From Octopus bimaculoides (taxonomy: Eukaryota), in NCBI RefSeq assembly GCF_001194135.2, contig NC_068990.1:86076908-86115966 (forward strand): a DNA stretch of 39,059 bases, in the 5' to 3' direction. Position 1 is the stretch's first letter. Each line of letters opens with the position of its first letter. Of the stretch, positions 24,198 through 35,169 are shown one piece after another. Below the pieces are notes generated by a model. That model saw only the letters and a list, made by a program, of their open reading frames with translations, did no database searches and had not been told where the DNA came from. Made by a program: the position numbers and the translations under genes.

Positions 24198-24571
24198 AGA
24201 GCTGACTGCAACAATATGATATAGAAGTGTTGGCCATGGCATCACAATGCAATCGATTGGACAGCAGAGTAGAGATGGCCATAACAGTACAGGAGAGCTG
24301 GCTCTGAGGAATTTTTTATGACAGTATAATACAGTAAATGCCATTATAACAGGCACATCTTTAAAAATGGTAATTTATACAAAACTAGAAACATAAAAAA
24401 GATGCTTGTATTGGATTTAAATCAAAATCCCCTGCTGTAGTCCAATACCCTTAACCACCCAGCTGGTAGCCCAATATGTTTACCACTCAGCTGGTACTGT
24501 TTTTGTTTCTGTTCTGGTCCCCAACCATTGAAACAGAATCTCCCACAAAACCATCAAATTTCAAATCTTAC

Positions 24572-24721
24572 CTTGAAATTCAAGTTTTTCATATTTATAT
24601 TCTTTCTCATCAAGCAGCAGTCTATAATTAGTCTGCTCATTAATTTCAATTTCAATTATTTCTGATATGCCTTTCATTTTCATAGCTATCCCAGTAAACA
24701 CCGTGGCATTTTGTAGTTTAT
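24572..24721 (-). CDS. SUSD2/Mesh-like exon, vWD (KLQNATVFTGIAMK...EKLEFQ)
   Basis: aatcacag|AT and G|gtaaga. 150 nt, phase 1/1; ATVFTGIA matches SUSD2/MUC4-type vWD. Confidence 0.88.
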
Positions 24722-25989
24722 CTGTGATTCAAAACAAACAAACAATTACACAACATATTTTCATGTGGTCATCAATAGTGTATCATTATGTAAATACATT
24801 ATATTTTAGTAAATAAATTTCAGTTATTTATGGTTGGTATTTTTGGAAGGTTAGTTGTTCCTAATTTATTGGTAAATAACAATGAAATCATGGGTTTCAT
24901 GGGTTCGATCCTCACTCCAAGCTATGAGATAGGTAGCTATGGGTTTTGTTTCCCCAGCAAGATTAAATACATATAAATGTGTCTATATATTTATTAATTA
25001 AAAAATGAAATGGTGTTAACATGTTGAATGCAGGGATCATTAAAGATGTGTGGTGAGGAAAACAATATTGGTTATTGACTAATAGTGTTTTACATTTCAG
25101 ATAACTATGAGAGACAACTCTTGCTATATTTCAGCCTTATCATGACCTTGTTAGTGAAGCAGAGACTTCATTGTACTTCATGAGAGAATCACTAAATAAA
25201 TGTATGAGACAATATACACTGATGAATGATCAACACACTCCAGCATACAATTCAAGCTGGACCGCTCCATAACACACTTAATTTAAGTATCATTGACTTC
25301 AGTAAGCAGGAAAAACTGCAGAGTATTCCAAGGCTATTTCATTAGCTTCACATGCCAAGTTCAACTCCACAAGTCTAACATCAGTATGGTCACACAACCT
25401 GAAAGAAATAACAGCAAAATCTCCCTCAAATCATACTTTGTTGTCTTAAAATTAAATAAAAAACGTTGGATAATAAAATCCAAGATAAACAACAAGATTA
25501 GATGGCCAGGACTGTAATCTTTGATCATAAGTCTACTCAACCAAAGTTAACTCTAGGTTAAACTACTACTACAATTTTGGAATGAGATGAACTCCACTAA
25601 GCCAACTTGTGCTTCCTACTCAATGGAGAAGGAGTGTTGAGTGATGTATAATCTACTGAACTATTAGTCTCAGCACCAAAATTTTCTTTCTCCCATTCAC
25701 TACAGAGACCTTGAGTTTGCTAAAAATCCAGCAAAATTTTTACAGTTCACCAGAACACACAGCTCTGGTATTTATCATAGGTTTTGGAAGTGTTAATTGA
25801 ACAGATGGAGATGAACTTATATATCACAGATAGGAAACTGGACTGTCATCAAAAACTTTGCCCATACAATGAACTGAACTCAGCACAGCAAGTCAACAAA
25901 GTAGAGAGATGTCACATTACAGTAGTGAATCATCTCACCCTGTAGTGCCTACATACAGCCAAGTGGACTGGGTTGTATGTAGTTTAGTC

Positions 25990-26195
25990 ATTGATTGATC
26001 CTTCTTGAGTCACTTCGACTCATAAGGCTGGCTTCCTGTTTTTTGTGACATGTATATCCCCCACTGGACAGGGCGTTGTCTGTTGCAGGATTACTCACGT
26101 TTACCAGCTGAGTAACATGGCTAGTCAAGGAATCGAAACCACAATTTTACAATTATGAGTCCAACACCCCTAACCACTAAGCCACGTGCCTCCAC
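25990..26195 (-). mobile_element. tRNA-derived SINE family C
   Basis: Box A TGGCTTAGTGG (26184-26174) and box B GGTTTCGATTCC (26140-26129) at tRNA-like spacing. Confidence 0.7.
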
Positions 26196-26329
26196 AGTTA
26201 ATCATTGATACAATACACTAAACTCTATCCTATCACTTTGTGGGCTGTCGATGGTTAAATGACTTAATCACTGACACAGCACAATGAACTACAAAGCTTT
26301 GTACTTACTTAAGCTGGTCACTCTCTACG

Positions 26330-26625
26330 AAGCAGAGGCCAGCAATGACCTCTGTCTTCTATTGTTCTCAACTCCGGACTGTCTTCACTTTCTCCCCCAA
26401 GTTTCATCCTCATCAGTTCTTTTGCATCTTTGTTTAGTCTTTTTCTAACTAGCAGGTGTTGGCCTGACACAAACCCATTTTACCTCCGGGAAGAGGTGGT
26501 CCATATTCGTCTGGCCCCTATCCTTTGACCTGTCCAGCATGGGAGGCCCTTCCTGGAGCTTGTGGCTCCGCTGGCATAGCTCTCGGGGTCACTGAGGCAC
26601 ACAAGCCACCACACCGCAGCAAGGA
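26330..26625 (-). mobile_element. Short RTE-related non-autonomous element (5'-end-like motif gaccccgagagctatgcc)
   Basis: 26455-26625 is homologous to 32779-32950; motif resembles RTE/BovB 5' UTRs (from memory). Confidence 0.55.
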
Positions 26626-26974
26626 CTGGACCTTGTGGTGGGACGCACTTTTGCGGTACCTACTAACAGCTAAGTACCACAGTTGATAGCTGTGTGTCAT
26701 GGCTAGTGATACAACTGAGTGGTACCTACGTACAGTCAGGCAGACTGGAAGTTGATAGTTACATGATCTTTTCAGTAATACAGCACAATGCTGCTCAGAT
26801 GATTTAAACCGGACATTTTGGCTGGTAGTTTTGGTCAGTTATTGTATCTCTAAGAGAAAGGGGTAAAATGGTTCCATTAACTCAGTTTGTGAATTTAAAG
26901 CATTGTTTTAATCAATGGTTCCCAACAAGGGTTCATATGCCTCCAAGGGCCATATGGAACCCATATAGTCCTCA

Positions 26975-27465
26975 GTTTTCATCATCATCATCGTCATCGT
27001 TTAACATCCGTTTTCTATGCTGGCATGGGTTGGACGGTTTGACTGAGGTCTGGCAAGCCACAAGGCTGCACAAGGCTCCAATCTGATCTGACAAGGTTTC
27101 TACAGCTGGATGCCTTTCCTAATGCCAACCACTCCGAGAGTGTAGTGGGTACTTTTTACATGCCACAAGCACAAGGGCCAGTCAGGCGGTACTAGCATCG
27201 ACCACTCTCAAATGGTGCTTTTTATGTGCCACCAGCATGGGAGCCAGTCAGGTGCCACTGGCAATGATCACGCTTGAATGGTACTTTTTACGTGCTACCA
27301 GCATGGGAGACAGTCAGGCAGTACTGAAATTGGTCATGCCCAAATGCTGCTTTTTATGTGCCACTGGCACAGGAGCCAGTCAGGCCACACTGGCAGGGAT
27401 CATGCTCAAATGGTGCTTCTTACGTGCCACTGGCATGGGTGCCAGTCAGGTGGCACTGGCATCTG
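26975..27465 (-). mobile_element. (GAT)n-tailed element with about 4.5 internal 66-bp units
   Basis: Unit starts at 27162, 27228, 27294, 27360 and 27426. Confidence 0.88.
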
Positions 27466-27513
27466 CTCCGACAATAGCTTAGTTATGTTGTTAAAATTTC
27501 TGTGCATTTAACT

Positions 27514-28110
27514 TTCTTTTACTTGTTTCAGTCATTTGACTGCGACCATGCTGGAGCACCGCCTTTAGTCGAGCAAATTGACCCCGGGACTTATTCTTTG
27601 TAAGCCTAGTACTTATTCTATCGGCCTCTATTGCCGAACTGCTAAGTGACGGGGACATAAACACACCAGCATCGGTTGTCAAGCAATGCTAGGGGGACAA
27701 CCACAGACACACACACATATCATCATCATCATCGTTTAACGTCCGCTTTCCATGCTAGCATGGGTTGGACGATTTGACTGAGGACTGGTGAAACCGGATG
27801 GCAACACCNNNNNNNNNNNNNNNNNNNNNNNNNNNNNNNNNNNNNNNNNNNNNNNNNNNNNNNNNNNNNNNNNNNNNNNNNNNNNNNNNNNNNNNNNNNN
27901 NNNNNNNNNNNNNNNNNNNNNNNNNNNNNNNNNNNNNNNNNNNNNNNNNNNNNNNNNNNNNNNNNNNNCGTCTACCAAATCCACTCACAAGGCTTTGGTC
28001 GGCCCGAGGCTATAGTAGAAGACACTTGCCCAAGATGCCACGCAGTGGGACTGAACCCGGAACCATGTGGTTGGTAAGTGAGCTACTTATCACACAGCCA
28101 CTCTTGCGCC
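27514..28110 (-). mobile_element. tRNA-headed SINE family B, interrupted in its microsatellite by a (GAT)n element (27721-27808+) and a gap
   Basis: Head ggcgcaagagtggctgtgtg...gggttcagtccc; tail cagtcaaatgactgaaacaagtaaaag; comparison with the neighbouring copy at 28204-28498. Confidence 0.8.
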
Positions 28111-28203
28111 TAATATAACTGTTTATATTTAACTGTTTATATTTCTACAATACACAAAATGTTTAAACAAATTTTTTATCCAATTCATAATAAAATTTAA
28201 ACT

Positions 28204-28498
28204 CCTTTACTTGTTTTAGTCATTTGACTGTGGTCATGCTGGAGCACTGCCTTTAGTCGAACAAATCGACCCCAGCACTTATTCTTTATAAACCTAGTAC
28301 TTATTCTATCAGTCTCTTTTGCCAAAACCGCTAATTACAAGGACATAAACACACCAGCATCGGTTGTCAAGCAATGATGGGGAGACAAACACAAACACAC
28401 ACGTATACATGCATACATATATATATATATACATGCCAGGCTTCTTTTCAGTTTCCATCTACCAAATCCATTCACAAGGCTTTGGTTAGCCTGAGGCC
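28204..28498 (-). mobile_element. SINE family B, 5'-truncated adjacent copy
   Basis: Colinear with 27514-28020 without the nested insert. Confidence 0.82.
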
Positions 28499-28926
28499 AA
28501 AACTTATGAAAAGAAGACATTTGTACTACAGAGCCAGAGGTGGTTTTAGCCGGGTTGGTATCGAAAGGGTTAAAAATCAGACACTGTTTTTTTATTAAAA
28601 GTTGGGCACATTGGATAATGTAATCCTAGATACATTATTTCTGCAGAGAAATAAGACAGAGAGTCATGGCTATAATACTTCCAAACAGATCGGTGGAATC
28701 AGAACTGACCTCAGGTCAAACTACAAAAAGAAAGAACAGATTGGTAGTCTTAGAGACACTGTGTCAAGACAATGAAAGACGATCTGGTCCTGACAGTGAA
28801 ACATCTCACTGGAGAGCTGCTGGATTACGGCTGGCCAAGGGCTAAATTCCAACCATAATTAATTATTAATGCTGCTATCAATGAAACACACATCAAATTG
28901 AATGTAAACAAACCAGACATACTCAC

Positions 28927-29070
28927 CATCAATATCACGAGCTTGGGCAGCTCTCACCTGGATCACAACAGATTTGCTTTTGTCCTGCAGCAGAATGAAC
29001 TCACCCAGACCATTGAATGTGTACTTCTTGCCATCTAACGTTACCAGGTGAGGGTCACCAGCTGCCTGCG
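28927..29070 (-). CDS. SUSD2/Mesh-like exon, start of vWD domain (AQAAGDPHLVTLDGKKYTFNGLGEFILL...)
   Basis: ttttcag|CG and G|gtgagt. GDPH..TLDG..YTFNG.GEF is the vWD signature. Confidence 0.95.
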
Positions 29071-29875
29071 CTGAAAACGGAACAGATTTTAGTGAGATTC
29101 TTCTTCTGAATTTATTAAACAAAAATGATTTCAGATTTAGGCACAATGCCTGCAATTTTGTAGGGGGAAGGGTTAGTCATAGTGATTGACCCAGAAAGGA
29201 TAAAAAGCAAAGCTGTCTTGGGTGGGATTTTAAAATCAGAACATAGAGAACTGCAACAAATACCACAAGGCATTTTTTCCCCAAGTACTAATATTTCTGC
29301 CACTCAATCATGTAACAACAACAACAACAACATTTTCTAAGTCAGTTACAAAGACACACATCTTTGGCAGGTAGGTATTGACAACACTAACCCTAATATG
29401 ATAACAGACAATCCAGAATCACGCCGGACACAGAGGAGGAGAGAAAATAGTAATTCAGTGAAGGAGAAGTAGTGAGAGGAGTAATAGCCCTGACTGAGAG
29501 GGAGTGAAAGAAAGTAATAGCAATGAGAGAAAGGAAGGGGTGAAAAAAAATCAGCGCTTAAACTCTGTGTGTGCGTGTACAAGGGAAGTATGTGAATGTG
29601 TGATTATTTTGTACCTTATTTATTATACAAAATACTACAATTAGCCATCGTTATTGCCGCCACATGGTCAGCTAGTTGCATATATAAAGCAACTTTTCTC
29701 TTTAAATTCTGTAAAAAAAAAAAAGGTCAAAGTTCTCTTTACCCCCAGTGTAATGCAGTTTCCACATTTTACAGGATCAGGAAGTGACTCTTGTTTTTTA
29801 AGATTGTTTATATGAACTTACATCCAACTGACTTGAAAAAAAAAAACAAACACATAAAACATTGTAACTCAAGAG

Positions 29876-29940
29876 CAGTGGTTCCCAAAGTGAGCAGTGC
29901 TGCCTCCTTGGGGTTCATTGGAAAGATCCAGCGGGACGGT
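29876..29940 (+). mobile_element. hAT-type MITE left end running into a gap
   Basis: Begins cagtggttcccaaa; similar starts at about 26915 (caatggttcccaac) and 33547 (caggggtcaccaaactttt). Right ends not seen. Confidence 0.4.
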
Positions 29941-30508
29941 NNNNNNNNNNNNNNNNNNNNNNNNNNNNNNNNNNNNNNNNNNNNNNNNNNNNNNNNNNNN
30001 NNNNNNNNNNNNNNNNNNNNNNNNNNNNNNNNNNNNNNNNNNNNNNNNNNNNNNNNNNNNNNNNNNNNNNNNNNNNNNNNNNNNNNNNNNNNNNNNNNNN
30101 NNNNNNNNNNNNNNNNNNNNNNNNNNNNNNNNNNNNNNNNNNNNNNNNNNNNNNNNNNNNNNNNNNNNNNNNNNNNNNNNNNNNNNNNNNNNNNNNNNNN
30201 NNNNNNNNNNNNNNNNNNNNNNNNNNNNNNNNNNNNNNNNNNNNNNNNNNNNNNNNNNNNNNNNNNNNNNNNNNNNNNNNNNNNNNNNNNNNNNNNNNNN
30301 NNNNNNNNNNNNATGAGTAGAACATGTTTGATCATAGGTTTACCAAGTGAAGGCTGACATACGATTCACTGCCACTGCCGCCGCCACCACCACCACCACC
30401 ACCACCACCACCATCGCCGCTGCCGCCTACACTATGATATAAACAGCAGGAATGGGGAAGAAACAATATAAAACAAAGGACGTTTGAATTGGCACCTGAA
30501 GAACTCAC

Positions 30509-30774
30509 CAGGCGATGGAGGATTGTAAGCGTTACATTTGGTAGCAGGTCTCCATTGGAAGAATTTCTGGCACAGTTTCTGTTTTCCTGAGTACATGCAG
30601 CAGTGTAAGAATGGTATAATATCTGACTCGAAATGTGTTAAGTGTGGCACGATTCCATCTCCCTGAGCTTGGTTGTTATATCGGTAAACATAACCACAGT
30701 CTGAATGAGACTGCCACTCTAGTAAACTGTTGTTTCTGCCACCATAGCAACACGACTGGCCTGCATTGGTTGTA
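30509..30774 (-). CDS. SUSD2/Mesh-like exon, AMOP C-terminal half (AGQSCCY...HFESDIIPFLHCC...LCQKFFQWRPATKCNAYNPPSP)
   Basis: tttcag|T and G|gtgagt. GQxCCY, D..P..xCC and RP..xC..Y.PP motifs of AMOP. Confidence 0.92.
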
Positions 30775-30949
30775 CTGAAATAGCGACATGAATATTACAG
30801 TTTAGGTTATAGTACAGCAGGGTTAGAACAGTTGTAAGTTATAGCAGAGTATGACACAGTGGTGTGTTAGACACTACAGTAAAACTAAGATCTCCAAAGA
30901 AGAGTATATACCACAGTAAGTAGAATAATGTTCACAGTAAATACATACT

Positions 30950-31420
30950 AGTACAATAGTACCAACTTGTATAGAGAACACTGCGGTAAGTACAATGAAT
31001 GTTATCTAGTACAGTGGTACCAAGTTATATAAAAAGTACACTAAATAAGTACAATAATGTTTGTAGTTAATATATAGCACCAAATAGTGCTGTAGTTCTA
31101 TGTTATACAAAGCAGAGTACACTGTGGCGAGTACAATAATCCTTTCTACTAAAGGCACAAGGCCTGGAATTGGGAGGAGGGGGACCAGTCGATTACATTG
31201 ACCCCAGTGCTTCACTGATACTTAATTTATTGACCCCTGAAAGGATGAAAGGTAAAGTCGACCTCGGTGGAATTTGAACTCAGAATGTAACGACCGGTGA
31301 AGTACCGCAAAGCATTTCATCCACCATGATAATGATTCTGCCAGCTCGCTACCCTTGGTGAGTACAATAGTGTTAACAAGGAAAGTGGTACCAAATTATA
31401 TAAAAAGTACACTAAATAAG
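30950..31420. repeat. Degenerate tandem array (agtacaata/agtacact units) split by a SINE
   Basis: 36-mer gtggtaccaa(g/a)ttatataaaaagtacactaaataag at about 31014 and 31385, with the SINE between. Confidence 0.6.
31143..31350 (-). mobile_element. tRNA-derived SINE family A
   Basis: Reverse complement of the 18752 and 33866 copies. Confidence 0.82.
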
Positions 31421-31904
31421 GATGTGAGTTTGAGTCTCATGGCTGGCCACTGACAGATTTTTCTCCAAAATATGGACAGTTTATCCGGTTCATGCTATTT
31501 TATTAGCATTATTCTGCGATTGAGAATAAAATTATTTCCTTATCTGCATCTTTCAATACATCTCAACGCTTCTAAAGCAAACTTTGTTGACTTTCAATGT
31601 AAGTTGAATTTAACGTACGATAGTATCTAAAAATGCTAGATTTATATATCCTATATCATACTTGAACGGTGCTTTTTACTTGGTTTATTCTTCTACAAAA
31701 TATTTGACACTTTTTTTAATACAATTTCTAATAATATTTAATTATAAAAATACAATAGTTTCCCCCCCCCCCCTTAACATTGGTGGGGGAAAGAGGTCCA
31801 GTAGAGTAAAATAGGAATTGAAGGGTTTTATAGGCAAGAAATGGCTGAGCACCACTAATGTAGAGTATTGAACTGAACAAAGCAATGTGAGTAGTGATAC
31901 GAAC

Positions 31905-32168
31905 CTCTGTGAGTTTAAAATGACACATTCAGTAGCTTTTGGATGATATATACAATTGAGGGCTTTGTTTGGGGAATTAGTATTACAAAGGGGATCTTTT
32001 TGATAACGGCTTGTGTCCCGACTTGCTTGCCGTAACGCACATGGACACATGTTGGGGTTAATATCTAAATTGGGGTGGTCTTCTGCCAACCATCTTTCAC
32101 ATCTTTCTTGAGAATTTTTCTCTCCACCATTGACAGGAAACATGTCAGACCAAAGAGTAACTGGAAAA
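31905..32168 (-). CDS. SUSD2/Mesh-like exon, AMOP N-terminal half (ERCERWLAED...CPCALRQASRD...C...C..HPKATECV)
   Basis: ttattacag|T and AG|gttcgt. Cys/Trp pattern typical of AMOP domains. Confidence 0.9.
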
Positions 32169-32257
32169 CTGTAATAAAGACAAAGAGATAAATAAATACA
32201 TGTATGTATGTATGTATGTGTATATATATATGTGTGTGTGTGTGTGTGTACATATAT

Positions 32258-32440
32258 TTATTTCTTTGTTGCCCACAAGGGGCTAAACATAGAGGGGACA
32301 AACAAGGACAGACAAAGGGATTAAGTCGATTACATCGACTCCAGTGCGTAACTGGTACTTATTTAATCGACCCCAAAAGGATAACAGGCAAAGGCGACCT
32401 AGGTGGAGTTTGAACCCAGATTGTAACGGCAGACAAAATA
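32258..32440 (-). mobile_element. tRNA-derived SINE family A, 5'-truncated
   Basis: Shares the ttgcccacaaggggctaaacatagaggggacaaac tail with the 18752 copy. Confidence 0.82.
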
Positions 32441-32589
32441 CCCAAACCGCAAGGATTTAAAAAATTATCTGTCTGCAAAAGGGTTAAGAATTCATCAAAG
32501 TAAATCAAATAAGACCTAATAAAAAAACCATCTGTATGTTACCAGAGTCACTTGATTAACTTAAACACTTGACTCCCTAAGGACCACAG

Positions 32590-32950
32590 GTCCTCAATGA
32601 CCTTTCTCAACTGTTGTCAACTCTGGGTTGTTTTTTCCTACTGCTGGATCCCTGCTTTTCTTTGCAGCTTCCTTTCAGATTTCGGTACACTGTCATGTTT
32701 CCTTAAGAGAAGGCCCTCCTCTCCCAGGTTTTGGATTGTCAGCAAGCTTCTGTAACTTCGATTTTTTTTCTCAGTAGGGGTGTTGGCCCAATGCAAACCC
32801 GTTTTTACCTTTGGGAAGAGGTGACCCAGGTTAGTCTGGCCTCTATCCCTTTACCTGTTTAGATTGGGAGGCTCTGTTTACAACTTACACACCACTGGCA
32901 TAGCTCTCAGGGTCACTGAAGGGATGAAAGCCACCACATCACAACAAGGA
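32590..32950 (-). mobile_element. Short RTE-related non-autonomous element, second copy
   Basis: Homologous to 26330-26625. Confidence 0.55.
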
Positions 32951-33222
32951 CCGGACAACTTGTGATTGAGACCTGCTAGAACCAAGAGCTGTATCTACCT
33001 CAAATACCACCCTACCATCTTAGGAAAGGAGAATGAGTTACCAATGTGGCTCCCAATGCACTGAGCCTGATAAAAAAGGTAGAATGGTCATAAGTCGGCT
33101 TGACTGGAGCTGACTCAGAGTTAAGTAACAACAACATATTTGTAGATAAGTACAAGATGAGAAGGGGAAGAGAAAGAGAGGAGAAAGCAAAAGAGGATAA
33201 GCAAGAGAGTGTACCGACTGAC

Positions 33223-33371
33223 CTTAGCTGCCGCCGATTGTCATCTTCAAGGACTCGTATGATAGCTGTACTATAGTTCAACAGGTTATCTTCTAGAGCC
33301 AACGTCATGCTGTGTTCACCAGTGCTGTGGAAATTCTTCACCAAGTGCCATTTAAAAAAACTACCATTTAA
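33223..33371 (-). CDS. SUSD2/Mesh-like exon (LNGSFFKWHLVKNFHSTGEH...DDNRRQL-S)
   Basis: ttcttatag|TTA and AG|gtcagt. Phase 0/2 links to both flanking exons. Confidence 0.8.
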
Positions 33372-33433
33372 CTATAAGAAATAAAAACGGGTACAACAAA
33401 GGTAAATAGGGAGTTGCTACGGCAATCTCTTCA

Positions 33434-33464
<31 letters not shown>

Positions 33465-33865
33465 CCACACACAAACAGAGTGCACTATTAATAGTTATAT
33501 GACCAAAGGGCAGAGACAGTTGCGCAGTGACCTCAACCCTTTACAGCAGGGGTCACCAAACTTTTCCGACCATCGACCCCCTTTAGCCACTTCTCTTTCC
33601 ACACTGGCCACCCTCCTCATTTAAAATATCTTAATTCCCTGCCGTACCATACCTTAAATGTGTACCGGGTTCTGATGCTGGCAATTAAAATGTTAGCTAA
33701 AATATACAGGTACGACAAATTAAGTAATTTAAATTTCCTTCAAGTCGCCCCCTACCCTCCACCATGTTAAACAAGCAAATGAAAGGTCCCGTTTAGTATT
33801 GTAATCTAGAACGTTCATACAATACTTGGCAGGGTGAAATAGAGGTAAATGGAATGCTTTTGATG

Positions 33866-34078
33866 AAGGCAGCGAGCTGGCAGAATTGTTAGCACAGCAG
33901 GTGAAATGCATTGCGGTATTTCACCTGACGTTAAGTCCTGAGTTCAAATTCTGCCGAGGTCAACTTTGCCTTTCATCCTTTCGAGGTCGATAAATTAAGT
34001 ACCAGTTACACACTGGAGTCGATGTAATTGACTATCCACCCCCCACCAATTTCAGGCTTTGTGCTTATAGTAGAAAGT
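33866..34078 (+). mobile_element. tRNA-derived SINE family A
   Basis: ggcagcgagctggcagaattg head, gagttcaaattc box B and the shared central domain. Confidence 0.85.
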
Positions 34079-34271
34079 ATTAAATGTTTGATGCTAAACT
34101 AAAGCCAAACAAATACCAACAATACTCTATCATTAACCACACAAGGGCAGTCCGTGAATTGGTCAAAAACGAAACAAGAGGGCATTACGGCTGACACCTG
34201 CATTTGTCTTGTAGTCTGTGAAATCAATTTAATCACAAAGGAAGAAAATCCTGATAAAAACCTTCACTTAC

Positions 34272-34408
34272 CTCTAATCCTAAAAGGTCAACACGGAATT
34301 TAGAAGAAGGAAGTTCACTTGCATTCCATGATATGAAAACTTCGCTTCCAATTATCCATCGACGGGGTTGCTCACGTATTACTCGTGGTACTGCCATGGC
34401 AAAGTTTA
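34272..34408 (-). CDS. SUSD2/Mesh-like gene, most upstream exon found (NFAMAVPRVIREQPRRWIIGSEVFISWNASELPSSKFRVDLLGLE)
   Basis: Minus-strand ttttcattctag|TA and GAG|gtaagt. Open frame; resembles the pre-AMOP region of SUSD2-like proteins. Confidence 0.8.
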
Positions 34409-35169
34409 CTAGAATGAAAAGAAAAAAATGGAGATGTAGATCAGAGAGAGGTGAGACAAGACAGATATTTTGTCAAAGATACTATATTCACAAAATATAT
34501 TTTATAGTGTTGATATCAATTAAGCAACACTGTATATACAATTAGTGAAAATGTGAATTTATCTCCAAATAAAAACATATTTTATCAATAATATTAATAA
34601 GCCAGCTTGTTAAATATAAATTTATCAAACAAGGGACGCAACTCGGCTGAATCAAGGTAGGTAACTGCTTCTGCACAAAGTTAAGAGAAAGAAACCGAAT
34701 GCCCTTCAAATAAAACATCTGTCACCTTAAGTAAGTCAGGGAGCCTTAGATAATATAGTTCTAAACACTCTTAAAAAGACAGGATAATCATGGCTGGAAT
34801 GGCCTTGATCATAGATCTATTTGTTCAATCAGGATTAACAAGAGATAACGAGAGATCCTTCACACCAGGGACGGTGAACCTATGACGCTTTTCAGCAGCG
34901 ATACCTCGAAAGTTTTTAGGTGACACGTGATGGACTTTTGGAAAAAGAGAAAAACGACCCTCCTTGCGACATCATAGTATAAGAGTTTATCTATAAGCAT
35001 TTATTTAAAATCAAAATGCATGTATAGATGGAAAAGGACACTCCAGCAACAGTATTATTACAAAAATAAATATTATGACATGCTGGGGTTAGAAAAAATA
35101 AAAATAAAAATAAAAAAATAAAAAGGTTTGCCATTTACTACTCTCCTCGAATCCTCAATCGGCTAAAAA

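Noticed and set aside
26398-26416. Minus-strand CTGATGA-GGAT-GAAAC as a hammerhead
   Set aside because: Only 4 nt between the core halves, so no stem II is possible, and no stem I pairing is evident.
27162-27465. 66-bp periodic array as a CRISPR array
   Set aside because: Whole units are homologous, with no unique spacers, no cas genes and a eukaryotic context. It is a VNTR inside a retroposon.
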